The notes under the pieces were generated by a model that saw nothing but the letters and a program-made list of their open reading frames with translations, searched no databases and had not been told where the DNA came from. Below, one piece after another: positions 1 to 11,400 of a stretch of 64,000 bases of DNA. The position numbers and the translations under genes are program-made. The DNA comes from Spirochaetota bacterium (GTDB taxonomy: Bacteria; Spirochaetota; UBA12135; COTS27; CBDBHE01): positions 32,001 to 96,000 of the forward strand of contig CBDBHE010000006.1 in the NCBI GenBank assembly GCA_965205605.1, given 5' to 3'. Every line of letters starts with the position of its first letter. The first letter of the stretch is position 1.

Positions 1-1
1 G

Positions 2-2251
2 TATCCTGTGATTGGATTTCGAGAACGTTTTAGTCGTTTATCCCCTAAAGAGCTTTTAGAGTATTACTATAAAAGATATAAACCTAATAATATGATTTTA
101 TCAGTTGTAGGCGATTTTGATTTGTCACAAATATTGGGAGTGATTGAAAAGGTTTTTTCACCACAGGAAAAGGGTGTCATTGATGAAATAGCTTATGAAG
201 CTGAAGAAAAATGGAGTTTTCAGCGTGCTGAAACAAGTCATGCAAAAGCAAATTTTGTTCGTTTTTCATTAATATGGCAAACGGTTTCATATAAGGACAA
301 GAAAATGTATCCTTTAGATGTTTTGGCGTATCTTTTGGGTTCGGGGAAGGGGAGCTTACTTTATGAGAAGCTTAAAGATGAGCTTAAATTAATTGAAGAT
401 ATTTCAGCTTTTTCGTGGACGCCTAAAGAAAATGGTATTTTTGATATTTCTTTTTCTTTACCGGTGCTTAAAAGTAGAAATGAAATTAAGGAGCGAATTG
501 ATCAGATTCAACTTGTTGTTGAAAACATGCTTAAAAATCTTTCAGTAAAAGCAATTGAAAAACATCGTTTAGAATCAGTTAAAAGAAGAATTCTTTTAAA
601 CTTCATTGATAGTAGAGAAACTGTCATGGGGATGGCGATGGGTTTGGCAGAATCGGTAATGATGAAAGGGGGTAAGTTGAATCAAGATGAAATTTATCTT
701 TCTAAGATTAATGGAGTGAAGAAAAAAGATATTATACGGGTTGCTAAAGAGTTTTTAAAACCTCATAAAATGAAAATTGCTATTTTAATGCCAGAAAAAT
801 TTTCTAAACCAACTCCTCTTTATGCTAATTCGATTTTGGATAAGGCTAATTTAGGACGTTTTCCAATTAAAGTCAATCATTTGAAAAAAGAGCAAAAAGC
901 TTCAAAGTCTAAATGGACTAATGTCCAAAAATTAAAGCAAGTCTTAAAAAAAAATACTATCAAATCTGATCATAAAAAACCACGCATTGCTTCTAAAAAA
1001 GTTTTAAAAAATGGGCTCAAGCTTCTTTTCTGCGAAGATAAAGAGCTTCCTAAAGTTGAGCTAATTATTGCTTCTTTAGGGGGTCTTGCTTTTGAAGAAG
1101 AGCCTATTTTAAATGGAAGTTTTAATCTTTTAACGCAACTTTTTATGACTTCTAATTCAAAGTATTCTAGAAAAGAGCTTATTTATAAACTCAAGCAGCA
1201 TGGGATTAGTTTGCAACCCTTCTCAGGTAAAAACTTTTTTGGTCTTAAGCTTAGTTTTTTAAAAGATAAAACTAGCATAGCTTCAAAGCTTTTAAAAGCA
1301 ATTTTGCTTGAAGAAAATTATTTTGAAGAAGATTTTATAAGAGAAAAAGAAGAAGTTCTTTTTGATTTAGAATCTCAAAAAGAAAATGGATGGGTGGTTT
1401 CTCGAGATAAATTTAGAGAAATTTTTTTTAAAGGAACAGTTTATGAAAAAAATCCAGAAGGGACTCAAAAAATTGTTGAAAAAATAAAATTAGAAGATCT
1501 GAAAAACCTTAAAAAACAATTTTTATACTCAAAAAATATGATTGTTTCTATTTATGGAGATATTCATTTTAAAGAAATTAAAAAATATTTTTCTTGGCTA
1601 GAAGCATTAAAACTTTCTTCAGCTATCAATGAAAAAAAGATTGTTTTGCAAGATATTTCATATGAAAAAACAAAGAGCCCTATTGTTACAAAACAAAAAG
1701 GATTTAGACAATCTTTTTTTAGAATGGGTTTTAGAGCTCCCGTGATAGGTGATCAAGATAGTATTAAATTTAAAGTGCTTGAAGGGTATCTTTCAGGAAT
1801 GGGGGGGCCTCTTTTTAAATTAAGAAGCGCTCCTTTTAAAAATAAAAATGGGGGACGTGCTTATCAATTAGGGGTTTTTTATGATGAAAACAAAGATTAT
1901 GGAGCGTTAATTTTTTACGCAGCTCTCCGTCATGAAGCAAGAAAAGAATATTCTTGGTTAATCCAATCTTTTTTAAAAGAAATTGAAGCTCTTAAAACGA
2001 CCCCTTTAACTCCCGACCAACTTAGAAGAGCAAAGCTTTCTGTGATTGGAGACGAAATGATAGCTTCACAAAGAATTGCAACTAAAGCTTTTCAAGAGAC
2101 CCTTTATGAACTTTATGGGTATGATTATTCTTTTTATGCTGATGAGCTTGATGAAATTGATCTTGTGACGGCTGAAGATATTTTAAGAGTAGCTCGTAAG
2201 TATTTAGAAAAAAATCGTTTTATGGTGCATGTTCTTTTGGGAGAAGAATGA
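2..2251 (+). CDS. M16 family (pitrilysin-like) zinc peptidase with fused halves, 5' end truncated by the window
   Basis: Frame is open from nt 2 (YPVIG). M16 motifs: YYKRYKPNNMILSVVGDF, LDVLAYLLGSGKGSLLY, and a second half starting LKNGLKLL and ending VTAEDILRVARKYL. The HxxEH site would lie upstream of the window. Confidence 0.85.
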   Translation, partial: YPVIGFRERFSRLSPKELLEYYYKRYKPNNMILSVVGDFDLSQILGVIEKVFSPQEKGVIDEIAYEAEEKWSFQRAETSHAKANFVRFSLIWQTVSYKDKKMYPLDVLAYLLGSGKGSLLYEKLKDELKLIEDISAFSWTPKENGIFDISFSLPVLKSRNEIKERIDQIQLVVENMLKNLSVKAIEKHRLESVKRRILLNFIDSRETVMGMAMGLAESVMMKGGKLNQDEIYLSKINGVKKKDIIRVAKEFLKPHKMKIAILMPEKFSKPTPLYANSILDKANLGRFPIKVNHLKKEQKASKSKWTNVQKLKQVLKKNTIKSDHKKPRIASKKVLKNGLKLLFCEDKELPKVELIIASLGGLAFEEEPILNGSFNLLTQLFMTSNSKYSRKELIYKLKQHGISLQPFSGKNFFGLKLSFLKDKTSIASKLLKAILLEENYFEEDFIREKEEVLFDLESQKENGWVVSRDKFREIFFKGTVYEKNPEGTQKIVEKIKLEDLKNLKKQFLYSKNMIVSIYGDIHFKEIKKYFSWLEALKLSSAINEKKIVLQDISYEKTKSPIVTKQKGFRQSFFRMGFRAPVIGDQDSIKFKVLEGYLSGMGGPLFKLRSAPFKNKNGGRAYQLGVFYDENKDYGALIFYAALRHEARKEYSWLIQSFLKEIEALKTTPLTPDQLRRAKLSVIGDEMIASQRIATKAFQETLYELYGYDYSFYADELDEIDLVTAEDILRVARKYLEKNRFMVHVLLGEE

Positions 2252-3723
2252 AAAATAGATTGACAAACATGCTTTTAAAAAATTGGATTTTTTCTAAAAG
2301 ACCAGACCTTTCCTTGGCTATTTGTATTGGTATTTTTAGTATTTTTTTTTATACGCTTAATTTAACGCCTTCTATTTCTGCAGGAGATAATGGTGAACTT
2401 ACAACAGCGATGCATTTTCTTGGTGTTGCTCATGCACCGGGGTATCCGCTGCATTCTCTTATTGGGAAGATAGCAACGTTTATTCCCATCCACAATGTTG
2501 CTTGGAGAGCTAATTTTTTTTCTGCCATTTGTGGGGGGTTGACTCTTTTTTTTGCAACGCTTGTTTATATACGACTATTAATATTAGTCAAAGTGCTTAA
2601 ACGGTATGTGTTTATTAGTGCTGCAGTGGCAGCTTTGGCATTCATGCTTTCAGAAACCTTTTGGGGACAAGCGATTATTTGTGAAGTTTATACGATGTCT
2701 TCCATTTTTTATCCTCTTTTATTTTTAATTCTTCTTAGGTGGTATGAAGCTGTAGTTGGAAATAAAGAAAAAAAATACCCTTATTTTGGAGAAAATTATT
2801 TGTTAGCTTTTAGTTTTCTTTTTGGGGTTGCACTTTGTGGTCATCAAACGATCATCTTAATTGAAGTTTTTGTTGGTTGTTTTGTTTTATATGGTCTTTT
2901 AAAGCATGTGATTTTACAGAGGAAACTTTCTACTAGACAATTGTATATTGGGATGGGGTATCTTGGATTTGTTTGCTTGGTTTTTTTAATGGCTTGGATT
3001 TTTTATTATTTATATATTATGAGGCTTAAATCAAATCTTTATTTTGAAGATCATCTTAATGTCAAAATAGGACTTGGTGTTTTTGTTTCTTTAAATTTAG
3101 TGTTATTTTTTTATTACTTTTTTTTCAGATTTTTTGCTTCTGATTTATTAAACCCACATAATTCACTACAAAAGCTTTCTTTTTTATTAATTAAAATGTT
3201 TGTTTTTCTTTATCTTGGTTTTGCGATTTATCTTTATATGATTATTAGAAGTCATGGTAATCCGCCTATTAATTGGATGGGCATTAGCGAAGCAGAAAGT
3301 TTTTGGGGGAAATTAAGTAAATTTTTTAATGCCCTTCACAGGAAGCAATTTGGAAATACAGGAAAGATTCCTTTTAGTCTTCATAATTTCGTTTGGCAAA
3401 TTAAGATTTTAATTTTTAATATTCATGGGAGTCAATTTACGATATCGTTTTTTTTATTAGCCCTGGGAGGACTTTTAAAACTTTATTTACGTTCTACTTT
3501 TTGGTTTTGGTTTCTTTTAATAATGGTCATTAGTTATAATCTTCAGTTGACACTTTTTCTTCGGTTTGACTTTAACGATAAGGATATTTTTTTTGTTAAA
3601 GTTTTTTATATTTTCTCTTATTTTACTTTTTCAATTTTCATTGCGTTTGGAATCAGCTGGTTTTTGGAAGCTTTAGAAAAAGGAATTTCTTTTTTTAAAA
3701 AAGAAAAAAAAATTAAAGGTTAA
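2248..3723 (+). CDS. DUF2723/TMEM260-like GT-C membrane glycosyltransferase, N-terminal polytopic part
   Basis: Motifs GDNGELTTA, GVAHAPGYPL, EVY, YLYMIIRSHGNPPINW and LHRKQFG; about 10-11 hydrophobic segments. Confidence 0.85.
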   Translation: MKNRLTNMLLKNWIFSKRPDLSLAICIGIFSIFFYTLNLTPSISAGDNGELTTAMHFLGVAHAPGYPLHSLIGKIATFIPIHNVAWRANFFSAICGGLTLFFATLVYIRLLILVKVLKRYVFISAAVAALAFMLSETFWGQAIICEVYTMSSIFYPLLFLILLRWYEAVVGNKEKKYPYFGENYLLAFSFLFGVALCGHQTIILIEVFVGCFVLYGLLKHVILQRKLSTRQLYIGMGYLGFVCLVFLMAWIFYYLYIMRLKSNLYFEDHLNVKIGLGVFVSLNLVLFFYYFFFRFFASDLLNPHNSLQKLSFLLIKMFVFLYLGFAIYLYMIIRSHGNPPINWMGISEAESFWGKLSKFFNALHRKQFGNTGKIPFSLHNFVWQIKILIFNIHGSQFTISFFLLALGGLLKLYLRSTFWFWFLLIMVISYNLQLTLFLRFDFNDKDIFFVKVFYIFSYFTFSIFIAFGISWFLEALEKGISFFKKEKKIKG

Positions 3724-3732
3724 TTTTAAGCG

Positions 3733-5721
3733 ATGTTTTCTTCTAAAGTTTTATCTAGTGTTTTGGGGGGATGTTTTTTCTTCTTTTTGCTATTTGGTTT
3801 GGGAGATGGTTTTAATAAGAAGTATTCACAAATGATCATGTGGTATAAAAGTAAAGATAAAAATGATAATTCTAAAAATTGGGCTTGTCATAATTATGCA
3901 CATAATCTCATGATGACAGCAGAACCAAATGCTATTTTTATGACAGAAGGAGGTGATAATCAAGTTTTTTCACTTCTATACTTTTCTTATGTTGAGAAAA
4001 AAAGACCAGATATTGATTTTTATGATCAAAAAGGAAATGTTTTTCCAAGACTTTATGGAGATTTGATGAATGTGTTTTTTTATGATTTAGAAATCATTCG
4101 AGCGCTTAGAGATTTTCAACTTTATTCAACAGCACGACCTGTTTATCTAACTTGGAAAAGAGATGGCATTGAAAAAATTAGCTCGATAGGATTGCAAAAA
4201 ATTTATGAAAATACAGCTAAAAAAGCACAGCTTAATCGATCTTTTGTAGGAAAAAAATATGATTTAACAACCCTTGATAAAATTGAACAAGAAGTCGACA
4301 CCATGGTCCCTAAAGCAACTTTTGATATGAGATTTAAAAATGGAGACCTTATTAGTCAATTTGATATGAAAGAAAAAGGCCCTTGGTTTTTTAAAAATTA
4401 TGGACTCCTTTATAAGCTAGTGCCTCTTCGTTATAGTATTTTAGAAGCTTTGAAAAATAAAAAACAAGCTTCTTATTTTCAAATTGTTACTTACATTAAT
4501 CAGGTCTTTGATTTCCCCATTACTGTTTTAGAGTTAACAAAACAAGTTAAATTATTAGAGGCAGAAGGTTATATTAGTGAAAATGGAAGTCAAGTTTTTC
4601 TTCTTAAAAGTAGAAAAGATCCTTTTAATGAAAATTACTGGCAATTGTATAAAAAAGATTTTACTAATGTGGCAAATGCAAATCAATGGGATTATTTAAC
4701 TCGAGAAATTTTTTATAATTATTTTATTAATGAAGCAAGTGATTTACTTGAAAAGAAAAAAATTTTAGCTTTAGAAAAATCTACCTTACTTGGTGACTTG
4801 GTACTTACTTTGGACAAGCAAATAGAAACCCTTTATCAATCAGCTTGTCATTATGCTCATAACGTAAAATCTGCTTTTTACTTTTATGCTCGTTTTGCTT
4901 TAGATCAAGGTAATCTTAAAAAATCAACTTCTCTTTTTTCTAATTGCGCTAATGTGGATTATAATTTTTATGATCCGTATTTAACCATTTCAAAGTTATA
5001 TTTACAAAAGTCTTTATCAAGCCCTTTAGAAGACGAACAAAAATATTTATTGATTGCCCAAGAAAATGTTCAAGAAGCTAAGAAAATTTACCAAACAAAA
5101 GCCAAGGTACAAGGAACCCTTAAAAATATTGAAGAAGAAAAAAAGTATCAAGCCATCAAAGCCTTAGACCAACAAATCTCTAACTTTATACAGATCCCTA
5201 GAAAATCTCTTAATCAATTGATTAAAAATGCAAAACAAGGAGAGATAAAAGATCTAGAAACTCTTTTTATTGCTTATCAAAAACGAGCTGATTTTTTTCA
5301 AGCCAATAAAACTATTAATCAAATTTTACAAAAAAAACCTTTTAATATTCATTATACTTTAATGGCATATAACTTTTTTATCCAATATGATACTTTAAGA
5401 GGGATTGCTTTTTTAGAAAAAGTGGTCGCCAATTATGACTTTTACAAAGGAAAAAAACCTTCTATTTTTGATTTTCAAGAACGTTGTGCTTCAGACTATC
5501 TAAAACAAGCTGAAAGTAGTCTCAATAATCAAAATTATAAACAAGCTCTTTATTTTTATCGTCGCTCTCTTTATTATATGAACCTTTTTAAACAATTCAC
5601 TTTTGATCAGAAAACTAACCCATCACTTAGAAAACGAATTATTACTATAGAACGAACCGAACGTTTAGTTGAAGATCGGATTAAAAAAATAGAATCATTA
5701 TTATCAGAAAAAAAATTATAA
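3733..5721 (+). CDS. DUF2723-type C-terminal periplasmic part with TPR-like helical repeats
   Basis: One N-terminal hydrophobic segment, then YAHNLMMTAEPNAIFMTEGGDNQVFSLLYFSYVEKKRPD, matching the GDNDTFPLWY...RPD segment of full-length DUF2723 proteins. C-terminal half is helical/TPR-like. Confidence 0.75.
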   Translation: MFSSKVLSSVLGGCFFFFLLFGLGDGFNKKYSQMIMWYKSKDKNDNSKNWACHNYAHNLMMTAEPNAIFMTEGGDNQVFSLLYFSYVEKKRPDIDFYDQKGNVFPRLYGDLMNVFFYDLEIIRALRDFQLYSTARPVYLTWKRDGIEKISSIGLQKIYENTAKKAQLNRSFVGKKYDLTTLDKIEQEVDTMVPKATFDMRFKNGDLISQFDMKEKGPWFFKNYGLLYKLVPLRYSILEALKNKKQASYFQIVTYINQVFDFPITVLELTKQVKLLEAEGYISENGSQVFLLKSRKDPFNENYWQLYKKDFTNVANANQWDYLTREIFYNYFINEASDLLEKKKILALEKSTLLGDLVLTLDKQIETLYQSACHYAHNVKSAFYFYARFALDQGNLKKSTSLFSNCANVDYNFYDPYLTISKLYLQKSLSSPLEDEQKYLLIAQENVQEAKKIYQTKAKVQGTLKNIEEEKKYQAIKALDQQISNFIQIPRKSLNQLIKNAKQGEIKDLETLFIAYQKRADFFQANKTINQILQKKPFNIHYTLMAYNFFIQYDTLRGIAFLEKVVANYDFYKGKKPSIFDFQERCASDYLKQAESSLNNQNYKQALYFYRRSLYYMNLFKQFTFDQKTNPSLRKRIITIERTERLVEDRIKKIESLLSEKKL

Positions 5722-7587
5722 ATGAGCCTTTTATTTAAAGTTTTTTTTTATAGTTATCTTTTTTTAAGTATTTTTTTATTCGCTCAAGATAAAGGTTATT
5801 TAGAACTCAAACGTCTTTTTGAAAAAAGTCTTTATAATGAAGCTTATGATCGAGCTAATTATTATTTTGATGAACAAAAAAATGATTTTAGATTTCGAAA
5901 ACTTTATTTTGAAATTTTGCTAAAAAAAAAGCTATTTGACAAAGCTTTAGTAGAATTAGAATGGTTAGAAAAAATTGAAAAAACAACAGATACTTTTTAT
6001 TTAAGAGCTCTTTATTACTTTAATATTGGAGATCTAGTAAAGTCAGAAACTTTTTGTAAAAAAGTTCTTTTTTATAATAAGAGAAATATTCAAGCGATGT
6101 TGCTTTTAATTAAGATCAATAAAGAAAAAAAATACGACACCGTTGTTGAAAACCTTTTAGAAACTATTGAAACCATTGATCCAGAAAATGAAGAATTTCT
6201 TTTTGAAAAAGGGATTATTAGCCTTGATAAGGATTTAAAAAATTTTAAGTTAACGCTTAAAAAAATGCAGCAACATTACCCTGAATCTCACAAGTATTTT
6301 TATATGGAAGCTCGTTTTTCTCAAAAAGAAAAAGATTTTGAAAAAGCACTTTCTTGGATTAATAAAGCTATTTATTATCAGGCCAATAATCACCAATATA
6401 TTAATCTTAAATCTGAGGTGCTTTTTAAATTAAAAAAGTATGAATTCTTAATTAATTTCATTTTATCTAATAAGGATAAAGAGCCTTATGATTACTATCG
6501 GTTGGCGTTTCTTTATTATATGAAGACAAGAAAAAATCTTTGGAAAGTTGATAATTTGGATTATTTAGAAGTCAATATTTTGTCTATCATTAATCAGTGC
6601 CTTAATTTAAACGCTACTTTAGAAATTCCTAGGCGATTTGGAGAAATTATGGCTATTTCAAATACTTCTTTTAGATCTGAGGTTAGAAAAATTTTTACTC
6701 CTTACCATTATGAAAGAGCTAAATTTTTTCATAGTAAAGGATATTATGCGATGGCAAGATTTGAATATATTAAACTAATTCACCTCTTGCCACAAGAAGT
6801 AAAATATCGAAAAGAATACGCCTTGCTTTTAAAGGATCAAGGGCTGTATGCTTCTTATTTAAATCAGCTTGAGGTTGTTAAATTTTTGGAGAAGAAAGAA
6901 GATTACAAATTGGATACAAAAATTGGGCTACTTAAACGTAAGTTGAAAAATTCCCTTCATGTTAAAGAAAGCATTAAAAATGAAACTAGAAAAAAATTTA
7001 AAACAAGAATTTTATTTATTGCTCCAGATGAAGATATTTCTTTAGAAAATCCTCTTTATTTAGCTATTTATCATAATTTATTACTAGATACTTTTAAATT
7101 AGTTATTAAGTTTGATGTGGCATCGTGTTATTTTAAAGATTTTGAAAAAGAAATTTTGGAAAAAAGATATGATTTTTATGTTCGTTATTCTTTTCAGTTT
7201 AAAGAAGATAGAGTGGGAGTTGATTTTAATATTTTTGATGTTAATACTAGAAAAAAACTTTATCAGCATCAAATTTTTTCTTCTGGAAATGATAAGCTTT
7301 TTCAACTTAATTTTTCAGCTAAAAAATACTTTGATTCGATTATTTCTTTAAGGGGCAATGTTTTAAAAACAAAAGCAAATGGAGAGATTATTATTTCTTT
7401 AGGAATTTTAGATGGGCTTAAAAAAGATCAAGAAGTTTTGATTAAAAAAAACGATAGGACTTTTGTTGCTAAAGCGAAAGTAGTAATTCTTGATGAAAAT
7501 ATTGCAATGCTTGAATTGCTCGACAAAAGTAAAATTAATTTTATTAGAACTGGCTTTGTTATTGAAGAAAGTAAGAAAAAAAAATAA
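5722..7587 (+). CDS. Exported TPR protein with C-terminal beta domain (FlgT_C-like)
   Basis: Signal peptide ending LFA|QD; TPR-like repeats; C-terminal IIISLGILDGLKKDQEV...AKAKVVILDENIA pattern. Confidence 0.65.
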   Translation: MSLLFKVFFYSYLFLSIFLFAQDKGYLELKRLFEKSLYNEAYDRANYYFDEQKNDFRFRKLYFEILLKKKLFDKALVELEWLEKIEKTTDTFYLRALYYFNIGDLVKSETFCKKVLFYNKRNIQAMLLLIKINKEKKYDTVVENLLETIETIDPENEEFLFEKGIISLDKDLKNFKLTLKKMQQHYPESHKYFYMEARFSQKEKDFEKALSWINKAIYYQANNHQYINLKSEVLFKLKKYEFLINFILSNKDKEPYDYYRLAFLYYMKTRKNLWKVDNLDYLEVNILSIINQCLNLNATLEIPRRFGEIMAISNTSFRSEVRKIFTPYHYERAKFFHSKGYYAMARFEYIKLIHLLPQEVKYRKEYALLLKDQGLYASYLNQLEVVKFLEKKEDYKLDTKIGLLKRKLKNSLHVKESIKNETRKKFKTRILFIAPDEDISLENPLYLAIYHNLLLDTFKLVIKFDVASCYFKDFEKEILEKRYDFYVRYSFQFKEDRVGVDFNIFDVNTRKKLYQHQIFSSGNDKLFQLNFSAKKYFDSIISLRGNVLKTKANGEIIISLGILDGLKKDQEVLIKKNDRTFVAKAKVVILDENIAMLELLDKSKINFIRTGFVIEESKKKK

Positions 7588-8461
7588 CTTTTTTTTAAAA
7601 ATATTTTTTATTTCTTTTTTATTTCTTTTTTATTCTTTTGTTTATGGAAAACAAACCAATTACTATGGAATTGTTGTTTTAAAAAAAAGTAAACTTGAAG
7701 GAAAGGTTTTTGCTTTTAATCAACAAACATTACAGACTATTTTACTTAAAGAAAATGAAAATGTTTTGCCTTTTGGATCTTATGAAATCACGTCTTCTTT
7801 AAAAAGCTATCAAGATTTTAAAACTAATTTGATTCTTTCTAAAGATGACTTTAGAATTACCGTTTCTATTGATTATCGTTTAAATCCGTTTACTCTTAAT
7901 TTTAAAGGACTTGTAAGAAAGAGCGAGTTTTATTTTAATAAAAAGTATGTCACTACTTTTAAATCTCCCCAAGTAACACTTTCTAATATAGAAGGAGGAA
8001 AGCATCGTATTTTTTTAAAAAAGGGAGATTTATTTTATTATAAAACAATTGATTCCAAAGGGGCATCTACTATTACCATCAAAGATCCTGTGATGAATCA
8101 ATTACAATATAAGGCCTTACTGGCGTCATTAATGGGAATGATTCCTGGTTGTAATTTGTTTTTGCATTTGCCTCAGTCTTCACTTGAATATTTAATTCCG
8201 ACTTCTTTACTTTTTTATACAGGAGTTTTTTTAAAACTGAGTTTAAATCATATGAATGTTTTATTGCTTTCTCCTTATAATGATTCGATTAGAGATGATG
8301 CTTTTAATTGGATGATTATTTTATCTTCTATTTTTCATGTTCTTTTTGTTTATAATGGGACAGTGCAAGACTATAAAATGATTAAAAAAGATTACTTGCC
8401 TGTAAATGAACAAGGATTGATTTTATCTATAAAAGGGTTGTATTATAGTTATTATTTTTAG
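7562..8461 (+). CDS. Hypothetical exported/membrane protein with PEGA-like beta segments and C-terminal hydrophobic helices
   Basis: ORF is 7490-8461; the in-frame TTG at 7562 gives a signal peptide (MKKVRKKNNFFLKIFFISFLFLFYSFVYG). PEGA-like segments LPFGSYEITSSLKSYQDF and IEGGKHRIFLKK. Confidence 0.55.
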   Translation: MKKVRKKNNFFLKIFFISFLFLFYSFVYGKQTNYYGIVVLKKSKLEGKVFAFNQQTLQTILLKENENVLPFGSYEITSSLKSYQDFKTNLILSKDDFRITVSIDYRLNPFTLNFKGLVRKSEFYFNKKYVTTFKSPQVTLSNIEGGKHRIFLKKGDLFYYKTIDSKGASTITIKDPVMNQLQYKALLASLMGMIPGCNLFLHLPQSSLEYLIPTSLLFYTGVFLKLSLNHMNVLLLSPYNDSIRDDAFNWMIILSSIFHVLFVYNGTVQDYKMIKKDYLPVNEQGLILSIKGLYYSYYF

Positions 8462-11400
8462 AAAAGAATTTTTCCTTTAATGGAAAAATCAAAACCCATT
8501 TGAATATAATCATCTTCTCTTAAATAATTTTCTTGCCAGTTAGCATTGTTATTATAAGGGATTTTTAAATAAGCTTGAAAAGAATTAGCAACAAACTCAG
8601 AAATAACAGCAAGAACAAAAGAAGTTTCAAAAGAAAAGTTTTCAGTTACTTTATAAATATTTAAAAAAGTTGCTTTTGTTAGCCAATTTCTTACGATTTT
8701 ACTATTATTGGGATTTGTGAATAAAGAAAGATTTTTTCTACCGATGGCATTAGGTTGATCGTTAGGAGAGACTTTGCCGTCTTCTAAAAGCGTTGAACGA
8801 TTGACAAAGGGAAGGTCATAATCATAAAAAGTAAAATCAAAGCTAAGTCTTTTGGAAGAATTAGGAGGTAGGGAAAATAGATTAAAAAATTTTGTAGGAT
8901 TTTTGTTTTCCCAAGAAAAAGCAAGTCTAAAAGAATGCGTTCTTTTAATAAGGTCGGTGGGATCTTTTCCAAAATCATTGATATCTGAAAAAAAATAAAT
9001 ATTTTCTAATTCTCCTAAATTAAGTGTTTCTTCTGTCTTTAGGGTTGAGTCAGTAGATTTAATTTCATGATAGGGACCTATTCCCAGATAAGGCAAATAA
9101 TGAGTTTTGCCTTGTGTGTCATTATATCGATAACGAAGAGCATAATAAGTTTCTGTTTGATCAAAAATATAAGCACTTTGAATATTGACATGTTTGATTA
9201 ATTGATAATTATTATTAAGAGTAAATTTATATTTTTTGATCAAACTTTTTTCGTTAAAATCTTTGTTTTCATTAAACTCTAATGCGGCACTAAAATTAAT
9301 CGATCGTTCAAAATCTTTTGCTTTAGGGATCCATTTTCTACTGATATAATGACTAAGAGATTGAAAACGTTTTTCTAATTTTAAAGAACGATTTTGTTTT
9401 TGATAAATAATCCAATTTGTTTTTCTTGTTTCTAAGCTTCCAGAATATAAAAACTGACTTGGTAAGTAATCTTTTAAAATAGGGATTCTTGATAAATTCA
9501 TTTCCATACGAAATGATTCATTATGGCTGACTGTAGAACTAAACTCAGAATGAGACGTAAATTGAGAAATATGTTCAGTGCCACTAAAAGAAGGTTTTTT
9601 ACTTCTATAATTAATACTGCTATCAATCTCTTTAGAAGCCCAAAAACGATGTGCGTTTAAAAAAGAAAGTCGATTTCTTTCATCATTTTTTAATTTTCCT
9701 ATAAAGGGACTGATCACTGCATAAGCTAAATCGTTTAAAAACCAAAAATCAAAATAAGGAAAATAAAGAGCGGTGCTTCTTATTTTTTCAAAATAAGCTA
9801 ATTGTTGTTCTTCTCCTTTAAGGCCAATGCTTAAATCTGAAAAATTATCTTCAATTCCTTTCCAAAGTTTTTTTTCACTTGAAGAGAGATCATTTTCTTT
9901 TAAATCTAAAACATTATTTTCTAAAAGAGAAAGCCTTCTAGAAAAATTAAGTCGAAGCGATTTGAATAAATGATTTTTGAAAATAATAGGTAATGTAAGA
10001 TTTAGATTTAGTGTATTTTGAATGTTTTTATATTTTTGTTCGTCTTGATAAAAATCAACTAATTGATCACTATAATCGATGAGTAGTTTTTTTTCTTTAG
10101 AAGAATAATTATTTTGATTGGTTTGATAGAGTATAAACTCACTACTTAAGAAATCAGTTGTTGTTTTTCTAAAATTGTTTTCTGCATACGAATAAGAAAT
10201 AGATGCATTAAAACTAGATAAAAGAGGAGTATTAAAAATATAAACAGGGTTTAGATAAGAAAAAGTAATAGAATAATTTCTTTTTTTTGAAAGATATTTT
10301 GATTGATCTTCTATAAAAGGGTTACTAAAAATACTCGAAAACTCAGACCAATAAAATTCGTACCATTGGAGTTCGATGGATTCTTTTTCATAAAGGGAGG
10401 CGATTTTTTCTAAATCAAGTTTAGAAATATTAGTACTTAAAAGATTGTGTTGATCTTCTATTGTATAACGGAAATCAAGTCTAAATTTTTCAATGCCAAG
10501 AGTCGTTGAAATGGATTGTCTTTGGTAGAAGCTATATTCTAATTCTTCTAGGAGATTTCTTTTTTCATCAATTGAATCTGAAATATTTGGAAATTTTTCT
10601 AAAATAGGAAATCGTTTTTTATTTGAATTTTCGTCTAGGAGTTCTACAGGGTGGAAGAAAGGGTCTTGAGTGTTATAAAAAACAACTTCGTTAATATCAA
10701 CATTTTTTTTTAAAAGAGCTATTTTATTAAAAGTAGTGGCTATTTTGTATTCTTGATCAATGAATAAATCGGGAGTAAAATTAAATTTTTTTGATTCCCC
10801 TAAACTATAAGTTTTAACACTAATTTCATTTAAGTCTAAAGAATATTCTCGATTAATAACATTAGAGCTTAACGTCACAAAGCCAAGGTTTCGAGTTTTA
10901 TTATAACTGGCGGTATGTTGGATGGTGGGTATTATTAGATTATCTTTTAGATCAAGTTGAAAACTAAATCCAGTTAAATCTCTGTGAGTTAACGTTTGAT
11001 TTTCTTTAGGGAGAAAAGATTCTCTATATTCAGAGACATCGTAATCTTTTGATTTATTAAAAGAAAATCTAAGTCTATCTAGAATTTTTGTCTGAAGATT
11101 GAAAGAAGATAGTTCTTGTTGATTTCTGTTGGCTTGTTGATCAAGCGTACTAAAGCCAAGACCTTCGTGGCGATATTTAAAACTTGATTGGGTTTCACTA
11201 ATGATATTACGCTGTCGATATTGTAAAGGTTCATTTTGTTTGTAAGTAAGACCAAAGCGATAGGCATGACCGAAAAAAATTTCACTGTTATCCACATGAA
11301 ATTCATTTAACCAAAAACGTCCTGTTGCATTTTGCCCTTTAGAATCCACCCCTATTAAAAAATAACTTACTTCATAAAGGCTCGGGTTTCCTATTTTTCG

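Noticed and set aside
3721-3735. Stop-codon readthrough or recoding joining the two DUF2723 ORFs
   Set aside because: There are two in-frame TAA codons, and TAA is the main stop codon throughout the window.
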